Assembly (NCBI GenBank): GCA_964421015.1
Contig: CAYQUS010000005.1
Coordinates: 10,063-74,062 of the forward strand
Source of the DNA: an uncultured Planctomycetia bacterium
GTDB lineage: Bacteria; Omnitrophota; Gorgyraeia; Tantalellales; Tantalellaceae
Length of the DNA: 64,000 nucleotides
Reading direction: 5' to 3'
Below the pieces are notes generated by a model. It saw only the letters and a program-made list of their open reading frames with translations, was not told where the DNA came from and did not search any database. Shown piece by piece: positions 19,438-28,000 of the stretch (position 1 is its first letter; each line of letters begins with the position of its first letter). A program made the translations under genes and the position numbers.

Positions 19438-20429
19438 AAGCCGTATGTTCCTTTTCCGGCGGGCTCGACAGCATGCTTGCCGCTGAACTTATGCTTGAAC
19501 AGGGGATAAAGGTGGAAGGTCTTTATTTCCGGACCGGTTTCGGCGGCTGCGGCGATTCGGAGGATGCGACGCCGGTAAGGGAGCGTGCGGAAAAACTCGG
19601 CATAGGTTTCAGGGTGGTCGATGTCGGGGAAGATCTCCTAAAGATCGTAAAAGACCCGCAGCACGGTTACGGAAAACACATGAACCCCTGTATAGACTGC
19701 CACGCGCTTTTCTTCAGGAAATGCGGCGAATATATGAAAAAGCTCGGATGTTCTTTTATCGTTACCGGTGAAGTTCTCGGCGAGCGGCCGATGTCGCAGC
19801 GCAGGTTCGCGATGAGGCAGGTGGATAAGGCGAGCGGTCTCGGCGGACTTATACTGCGGCCTCTTTCGGCGAAACTTATGGATGTGACCATCCCGGAGAA
19901 AAAGGGATGGGTGGACCGGGAAAAACTTCTCGATATAAACGGCCGGTCGCGCAAGAGGCAGAGAGAGCTCGCTAAGAAGTTCGGTATAAAAACCTATCCG
20001 AATGCCGCGGGAGGGTGTCTCCTCACGCAGAAGGATTTTTCGCGCAGGATGAAAGACCTCTTGGAGAATAAAAAGGACATATCCGCGAAAGATGTCCTGT
20101 CCCTTCGGTCGGGCCGGCATTTCCGTCTTCCCGGAGGAACTAAACTTGTTCTCGGCCGGGACCAAAAAGAGAACCTTAAACTTTACGGGTCGCTCGCGCC
20201 GAAAGAGATATTTCTGATAACGGTGGATGTTCCTGGTCCTGTGGGCGTGCTTTCGGGACAGATAAACGAAGATGATCGTGATCTTGCCGCGGGGATAATA
20301 GCGGCTTACAGCGATTCGGAGTGGGGCGACATAGTGGAAATGGAAATACAGAAAGGCCCTTCGGGGAAACGCCGGAGCATTAAGGCGGAAACCCCCCGCA
20401 AAAAAGAGGCGGAGAGGTTTCTGGTGTAG
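19434..20429 (+). CDS. ThiI-like PP-loop ATPase (AANH domain only, no THUMP/rhodanese) with a C-terminal extension of about 100 aa
   Basis: N-terminal PP-loop SFSGGLDS; IVTGEVLGERPMSQ and LRPL resemble ThiI ITGESLGQVASQTL and RPLI. The last roughly 100 aa are not recognised. Confidence 0.55.
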   Translation: MKAVCSFSGGLDSMLAAELMLEQGIKVEGLYFRTGFGGCGDSEDATPVRERAEKLGIGFRVVDVGEDLLKIVKDPQHGYGKHMNPCIDCHALFFRKCGEYMKKLGCSFIVTGEVLGERPMSQRRFAMRQVDKASGLGGLILRPLSAKLMDVTIPEKKGWVDREKLLDINGRSRKRQRELAKKFGIKTYPNAAGGCLLTQKDFSRRMKDLLENKKDISAKDVLSLRSGRHFRLPGGTKLVLGRDQKENLKLYGSLAPKEIFLITVDVPGPVGVLSGQINEDDRDLAAGIIAAYSDSEWGDIVEMEIQKGPSGKRRSIKAETPRKKEAERFLV

Positions 20430-20482
20430 GTAAATGGAGAGGCGCTCAGGGAGAAGACTAGTGGAGTAATAAGGAGAACAGA

Positions 20483-20640
20483 CATTGTCATTCTGAGGGG
20501 GCGAAGGTAGCGCGAATAAACATTGTCATTCTGAGGGGCCGAAGGCTCCGAAGAATCTAAAAATATTTTAATGTGATCCTTCGTCGGCCTGCGGCCTCCT
20601 CAGGATGACAATTTTGGTTGGCCTCTTCAGGATGACAATG
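20483..20640. repeat. MITE-like repeat element (family 'TTGTCATTCTGAGG')
   Basis: Two forward cores CATTGTCATTCTGAGG (20484, 20521) and two inverted cores CCTCAGGATGACAA (20597, 20626), with a central CGAAGAATC...GTGATCCTTCG. Near-identical to the copy at 59719-59845. Confidence 0.8.
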
Positions 20641-20647
20641 ACGTGTT

Positions 20648-20687
20648 GCGAACGGGGACGTGTACCTTTGGTACGCGTCCCCGTTCC
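20648..20687 (+). other. Perfect 11-bp hairpin
   Basis: GAACGGGGACG...CGTCCCCGTTC. Confidence 0.6.
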
Positions 20688-20724
20688 GAGAGTAAAAAGT
20701 AGGGCAACAACTCAATAACGAAGC

Positions 20725-21765
20725 ATGAACATAAAAACGATCTTCAAAAAGATTGACAATGATACGCCCCTCAGCCAGGAAGAGGTCGAGTTTCTGCTCT
20801 CTGCCTCCGGCGACGATATGTCCGCGCTTTACGAAAAGGCCGACAGTGTGCGCCGTGAGTACATGGGCGACGAGATATTTCTCCGGGGCATAATAGAGTT
20901 CTCTAATTTCTGTACAAAGAAGTGCCTTTACTGCGGCATAAATTCGCGTAACGATAAAGTCGCGCGATACCGCATGTCTGACGAAGAGATACTTGAAGTC
21001 TGCCGCGGAATGGTATCACGCGGACAGACCACAGCTGTCCTCCAGTCGGGAGAAGACCCTTTTTACACTAAAGAAAAAATGGCAGGTCTTATAAAGGCGA
21101 TAAAGAAGGAAACTTCGCTTGCGGTAACGCTTTCGGTAGGGGAAAGGGACAGAGATACTTACGCTTTATGGAAAGACGCGGGCATGGACAGGTATCTTCT
21201 CCGTTTTGAGACCTCGGACGAAGAGCTTTTTAGGTCGTGCCACCCTGACAGCGATCTTAAGACCCGGGTAAAGTGTCTCCGTGACCTAAAGTCTCTCGGC
21301 GTTCAGACGGGGTCAGGTTTTCTTATAGGTCTCCCCGGCGAGACCATACAGCAGCTTGCGCGCGACATACTTTTCTGTACATCGCTTTCCCTCGACATGA
21401 TAGGAGTGGGGCCCTTTATACCTCACGGGGATACCGGGTTCGGCCTCGAGAACAATCCATTTCCGAAAGATGTCTTTTTTAAGACAGTATCTATCCTGCG
21501 TCTTCTCAATAAGACCGCTCATATACCCTCAACGACGGCTTTCGACGCCATAGATCCCGACGGCAGGAACCTTCTTCTCGAAAGAGGGTGCAATGTCTTC
21601 ATGCCTAACGCCACTCCCGGTAAATACCGCAAACATTATCTCCTTTATCCGGGCAAACCCTGCGTCGATGAATCTTCCGAAGACTGCGCTTCGTGCGTTA
21701 TCGCGCGTATAACCTCTCTAGGCAGAAAACTGGGTAAAGGCCCGGGACACTCGTTACGTAAATAG
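20725..21765 (+). CDS. hydE: [FeFe]-hydrogenase maturase HydE-like radical SAM protein (BioB-like family)
   Basis: YMGDEIFLRGIIEFSNFCTKKCLYCGINSRNDKVARYRMSDEEI...AVLQSGEDP closely parallels HydE (YVGDEVHIRAIIEFSNVCRKNCLYCGLRRDN...RYRM...IVLQSGEDP). Confidence 0.7.
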   Translation: MNIKTIFKKIDNDTPLSQEEVEFLLSASGDDMSALYEKADSVRREYMGDEIFLRGIIEFSNFCTKKCLYCGINSRNDKVARYRMSDEEILEVCRGMVSRGQTTAVLQSGEDPFYTKEKMAGLIKAIKKETSLAVTLSVGERDRDTYALWKDAGMDRYLLRFETSDEELFRSCHPDSDLKTRVKCLRDLKSLGVQTGSGFLIGLPGETIQQLARDILFCTSLSLDMIGVGPFIPHGDTGFGLENNPFPKDVFFKTVSILRLLNKTAHIPSTTAFDAIDPDGRNLLLERGCNVFMPNATPGKYRKHYLLYPGKPCVDESSEDCASCVIARITSLGRKLGKGPGHSLRK

Positions 21766-21773
21766 CCGTTTTC

Positions 21774-21925
21774 GTTATTGCGTTGTTGAGTTATTGCGTT
21801 GTTGCGTGGTTGTCATCCTGAAGCCCAACCAACATTGTTATCCTGAGGCCCAACCAACATTGTCATCCTGAAGGCCAACCAACATTGTCATCCTGAGGCC
21901 CGAAGGGCCGAAGGATCACATAAAA
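21774..21925. repeat. Direct and tandem repeat block (16-bp duplication plus four 25-bp units of the MITE core, reverse-orientation MITE end)
   Basis: GTTATTGCGTTGTTG occurs twice. Units of TTGTYATCCTGARGSCCAACCAACA start at 21810, 21835, 21860 and 21885, followed by CGAAGGGCCGAAGGATCACAT. Confidence 0.8.
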
Positions 21926-21935
21926 ACAAAAATGA

Positions 21936-21984
21936 CGGGACAGGTGGTGCCCGACATTTACGCCTCAGCTGTCGACCTGTCCCG
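21936..21984 (+). other. 10-bp hairpin
   Basis: CGGGACAGGT...ACCTGTCCCG. Confidence 0.5.
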
Positions 21985-22065
21985 AAAAGTACAAGATGGT
22001 TAGAAATGAAAAAGACGGTTGTCTTTTTGTTGTTTTAACAGAATGAAAATATTATAATACCTGCG

Positions 22066-25000
22066 ATGATATTACATAAAGCTAGGTATAACGTTGTTTT
22101 AAGGGGAATAGCGGCTGTTCTTGCTTTTGCCGTGGCATTTCCTTCTTATTCCGCCGACATCGCTCCGGGGTTACCAGCGGCGTCGGAATACTCTTCAGAT
22201 ACTCTCGGTATACTCCCTGCGCCCATGCGCGGTATAGATAACGAAGCGCGCAATATGGCGTACCGTGAGCTATTCGAAAAGAACCTCGCGCCCGTTTACG
22301 GCGGAAAAGGCGCGTGGGATATCCTCCTTGAACGACTCTCCTCGAAAATAGGTTTTAATACGGCGACTTCTGTAAGGTTTTCCATAGAAGATGTATGGGC
22401 GCGTTTCATAGACGCCAATAGCGCTCTTGCGGAGGAAGGCAACGCTTTTATAGACAGATGTATTGCTTCCCCGGACGGCGTGCACGGTGTGTTGGATAAA
22501 TATGATGTAAAAAAGCTCGAAGAGATGGCTTCGAACTTTGTTTTCCCGCCCGAGCTCGAACTCTACATAAAGAAACACACAAAAGACCTGACCGGATGGG
22601 TCATTGCCAGGTCCAGCGGTATAACGGAAGACTCTTACATAAGGAACCTTGCGGGTATCTTCAAGTCCCCTAAAGAAAAAGACGAGCGGCTTGTGGCGCA
22701 CGGCATAAAAACGATATTTGCTGACGCCGTAAGGAAAATATGGATAGAGCAGAATTACGAGGACGGGTATATAAAGATAGACGGCATACCCGACAGGCTT
22801 ACCCGTTCTGACGGGTTCGGCGTTGTTGTGCAGCCTTTTCTGGATTTTGACGCTTCCGGTACGGGCATGACGGATATGTACGGATGTTCGACCATACAGG
22901 CGGTCGTGGGCGATGCCGATAAGGCCGTGCTTCCTGTGTACGCCACGACATGCCAGTTCCTTTTTAAGAAGGACGCCGCTGCCGGGAGCGATATGGAGTT
23001 TAATCCGTCATTCGAGCGTCTGCCGTACGAATTCCGTCTTAAAGGCGAACTTTATTCCGCGACTGACCCGCAAGGCGCCGAAAAGGCTTTGGCCGGTTAC
23101 CCTAAGATAGACGGCACCTTTTCCCCGATAAGCGAAGACGCGGCGAGAGAACTTTATCGTGTTATGAGCGCGCTTGAAGAGGAGATAGGCTGTCCTCTCG
23201 ACGTGGAATGGGGTTTTCTTGACGGCAAACTTTACATAGTGCAGATGAGGCCCATAATAGGCGATTTTAAAAAGCCTCTTGTTGAGCCATGCGAAAAATT
23301 GAAGAACTCAGAGCCCATAGCGCGTACACCGGTGGCCAGGGGGGAGACCTCTCCGGAAGGGTTTACCTCGAAAGTGGTCCTTATTGCCGATATAGTGGGA
23401 CGTGACGACGTTAAAAAGTTCGAGGATACTCTGGACGGGGGATATATACGCGTGCAGTACGATGTTGCGACTAAGCTCCTCCCTAAGAATGATAACGGTG
23501 TGTTCGAGGAAATAGCTACGAAGGCAAAGGTTCTTGTGGACCCGTATCAGGGGTCCCCCGAAGCGCATAACATAGTACAGCAGTACGGCCGTATAGCTTC
23601 CGGGGAATTTGTCTACGCGAACGGGCCTAAATTGAGGAACGGCCTCAATGACAACCTTACTTTTGTGCCGCATCCCGACATAAGAGGCATATGGGTGTCG
23701 AAAGAGGATGTTACATATTTCTGCGACGGTTTAAGGGCGCAGTTCTTCATAGCTTCAGAAGGTGAAAGAGAGGACGAGCCGAAACTCGACGAAAGACAAA
23801 AAACTATTATGGATTTTAATTCCAGAGTAAGAGGAATGTGGTTTGAGAATTTATACTCTAAATTCTGGCCCGAAGACCATAGTTTGTTTAAAAGCCGTAT
23901 ACTTACAGAGATCGTTTTTAAAGGGGCTACCAGTGGACAAAAATCAATAGCACAACATTTCTGGTACAGCGCATCAGACGATTATATTGAAAAAGCCCGG
24001 TCGGTTATTTTGAAGGGAAGAGCTTCGGAAGAAGACTTAAACACGATAGGCCCTTTTGTGGAGCTTTTAGAAGAAATTTTATCTTATCCGCTTTATCCGA
24101 GAGAATGGGAATCAGAGTGGATGGAGGAATATCAGCGCGTGCTGAAGCTTACGGATATGTCCGGGGCAGTAGAGGAGAGAAAGGCAGAAGACGCCGTTAA
24201 GGTGGTACCCAAAAAATACAGGGCGGTTTTTGCAGATTATAAATATCCGCGGATATTTCTAGCTTCTCGTCTTGAAGAAGATCTCCCGGAAGCTGAAATA
24301 TTACGCGTTCCGACATTAGATCCGGGTCAGATTAAATATGAACTTTCGAAAGTGGATTATGATGTAGCTTTCTTCTACACTCATGAAACGGGCTGGAAGA
24401 AGGGAGAACTGGTGGACATCATAACCAGGATAAAAGAGAAAAACCCTGCTGCCGATATTTTTCTGGACTCGGTCATAGGAGGGCCTGATCTATCGGCTTT
24501 GCAGGAAAAATACGACAGAATATACAGAGATGTAACTCATCAAGATAAGGTTCTCGAAAAAGCCATACAAGAAGGATTTTTAAAGTGGCAGGACGCTGTG
24601 CGGGCCGAGGGGGCGGAAGATAGTGAAAAACAAGAAAATCTCTCGCCCAGTCGGCTAAATTACAGGGCCTTTTTTGTTGATGAGTGGACAAAGTCGCGTG
24701 AAATGATAACGGATGAGGTTCAGGATGATTTTCCGGATTGTGAAGTGATAAGACCCAGCGGAAGCGGCCAGACAGACATAATAAACGCTCTTGAGAAAGT
24801 CGATTACGACATAGACTTTTTTTACACTCACCTTACGGCAGGTTGGCCCCGCGCGGACTTTTTAGAGATATTGGCAAGAATAAGGAAAAAGAACCCGGAA
24901 GCCCTGATATTCATAGACAGTACTATGGAGGACTTTTTGTTTTTCGAGGCCTTTGAGGCCGAATTTGGAAAAGTGCACCGCGCAATGAGCGTTTCCGATG

Positions 25001-28000
25001 AGCTCATTAAAAGAGCTATGGTAGAAGGGATACTTAAAAAACGTTCGGGTGCAAGTTCTTCTAACACGGTATCCGAAGAAATGTCGGAGACAGCATCAAC
25101 TTCAGCCTCTAGTAAAAATTTTTCCGAAAAACTTAAAATATTGGTGTTCGATGACAGCAGGTTATATCTTTTGCCTTTCGTTGAATATCTGGGAAGGGCT
25201 CTTCCACAAGACGAATTTGAGATAGTATCCGCGATGAGTAATGATGAGGTCGTCTCTCTTCTTGAAAGCGGCGGATTCGATATGGTCATAGCCGACCTCC
25301 AATTTCATGGAGCGATAGACGATGGGATAATAGAACTGCTCGGAAATGTTCCTCATGTAGTGGCTTTCTCGGGAGATGAGGAAGATGAGATGCGAAGAGT
25401 AGTGAAGAGAGATTTCCCGCAGGAGCTTGCTGAAAGGACCATCATCGTTGAAAAAGGAAATGTGAAGCTGAGCGCCGAAAAAATAACTGTCCTCGCGAGA
25501 GACATAAGAGAACAGCTATTAAGAGCCGAGGAAGAAGCGGGTATAGATGGCGATGGTACTGATACGACAGGTACCTCCGAATCAAAACTCAGAATTTTCA
25601 TGGTAGAAGACGAAGAAAATACGGCCAAGAGGATAGAAGGCGATATTTTAGACAGTCTGTCAAAAGACGAATATGAGTTCAGCCGTGTTTCTCTCTCCGA
25701 GCTTATGCACGGGAAGCTTCTTGAGAGAGGTGACGTAGTTATTCTTGATATTTCGGGGATATCACAGACGGCGGGTGGTATTATCAGGGATATGCTCGAT
25801 ATGGGAGCGGCGATCATCTGTCACACCGCTTACAGCGATAAGGAAGTTGAAGACAGGATAGGCAAAGAATTATTCTCTCTTGTGGAGTATTCGGATAAGG
25901 TCGGCGGGAGCTCGAATATAGTACCGCTTTTAAGATCGGTAATGGAAGAGCAAATGATACAGTCTGGAATAGAGCCAGAATCCGCAAGTAAAGTGAGAGT
26001 TCTGTGGGTAGACGGAAACTCGGATGATATCGCAAGGGCCCAAAAAACCAATAATGAAATGTTCCATACCGAAGGGGATATAGAATTTGTATATGTTTCT
26101 TCCATGGAAGAAGCCCTGCGGGAGATGACGTCCGGGAAGTTCGACGCGGCGGTATTTGACGCTGAGCTCGAAGAAGAACCGGCATTTACGCGCGACTTTT
26201 ACCGTCAGATCTTTCGCATACCAAGGCTATGCGCCTTAACTTCAGGCACTGTGAAAGAAGCGGCTCGGGATCTTTCAGAGATAAATCAGGACAGTTTTGA
26301 AAGAGTGGAGATATTCCCGAGGATATACTCCAGGGACGATAACCGTGAAATAACGGCCCAGAGATACGTAAAGGTGATAGCCGACAGGTTAAGGCCCTAT
26401 TTTGACATGAGGCTTAGCGAGTTAAGACTCAGAAAAGATCCGTCTTGGGGGCGATCTGAATGGGGGGAAAGCTTGGGAAAACCCAATGTGACATTTGACG
26501 ACGAAGAGCCTGTTCTTGAGAAGGTAAAAGTGCTTTATGTGGACAAGGGTTTAGATGAGAAGAACCCGGGCTATCTTAATTTATCGCGCGAGCTTGATAG
26601 GTTTTTTTCTGGACAGCTTGATATAGAGGTCTTTTACGCCAAGGATCCATCGAGCGCCGATATCATTCTGCAAAAAGAACTGCCTGACGTGGTAATTTGT
26701 GATATGAACCTTAAAGACGCTCTCGAATCAGCCGAGGAAATATTTTATTTAGCCAGACATTACTCGAAAGAGAAAATGAAAAAAGTTTTTCTTATGGGAG
26801 TAAGCGGACTTGTGGATATAGATATTGAGAGGATATCCGACCGCGTAGGCGCGCCCATAGAGCTTCTCGACAAAATGCGCGCGGATCTAAATAAAAATCC
26901 AACACGGACATTGCTGGACATACGAGAGAGGAATATAAAAGAATTCCAGGCAAGAAAAAAAGCCATGGATGACATTGAGATAAAGAAACTTATTAACGAT
27001 CCCCAAAAGATAAAAATTCTTTTCGTCCAGGATTCCAAAGGGGTGACGGATTACGCGAAGGATGTATTCACCAAAGAACTCGGGCTTGTTTTAAAAAACG
27101 AACGTCTACTGTCGGGAGAAGAATATATTATCGTTTTTAGCGATTCTGAATGGGAAGCCCTTGGTTTTTTTGACGAAGGGGCTTTTGACCTCATTATATC
27201 CGATTGGCTCATATCTTCTGACGGTCCTATGGACCTTTTTAGGACGGCTGCCGCACGGGGCATGAAAAAGATAGGTGTATATTCGGCCAACTGGAATTTT
27301 GTGGAACTTGCCCGGACAAGGTTTGGGGATGTTATGGAGGTTGTGGATTGCTGCGGGGGCCTTTCCGATACAGCGGTGCCGCTAATAAGGTCTCTTCGGG
27401 AAGAACAGCTTAGGCGCATGGATGAGGAAAAGGCGGCTTTAAAAGTGGAAGAGCCAGGTTCTGACGAAGAAGATAAGACCAAAGGCCGGCCCGAATATCC
27501 CAGGCCGATGAAGGCGCTTGTTGTTTATGAGGACGTTGCGCGTGAGGATGAACGTTATTATGAGAGGAAAAAGACTTTTCTTTCTGAAATAAGCGAATAT
27601 TTTTTGCTTGAAGAAATAGCCCCGGGACGATATGCGGGAGAGGATATAGAAATAGAATATTTCAAGGCTGAGTCTTATGACGAGATATGGGACAGGATAA
27701 CGGAAGGCGACATCGATATAGTGGTGAACGAGACTATACCCGAACTTGATAGGAATAAAGGGTATTTCAATCACGTTTATGCTTCCGTTCGGGATGCCAA
27801 CAACATGCTGCCCAGGATGTTTGATGAAGTTCTCTCAGGCAACGCGGAAGTCAGCGGTTTTGTCGAGAGCGTGGTCGAGCGGAGGGACAAAGAGCTTTCT
27901 CTTTATAGACAAGATCTTGCCAGATGGGAATCGGCGCATCTTCTGAGAGAGCCCGAAAGGCCGGAAAAATTAACGGTTTTATGCCTGCAGGATGAACCGG

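Noticed and set aside
21810-21909. Four 25-bp tandem direct repeats (CRISPR-like at first glance)
   Set aside because: The units are contiguous with no unique spacers, and the unit is the core of the dispersed MITE-like repeat. This is not a CRISPR array, and no cas genes are nearby.
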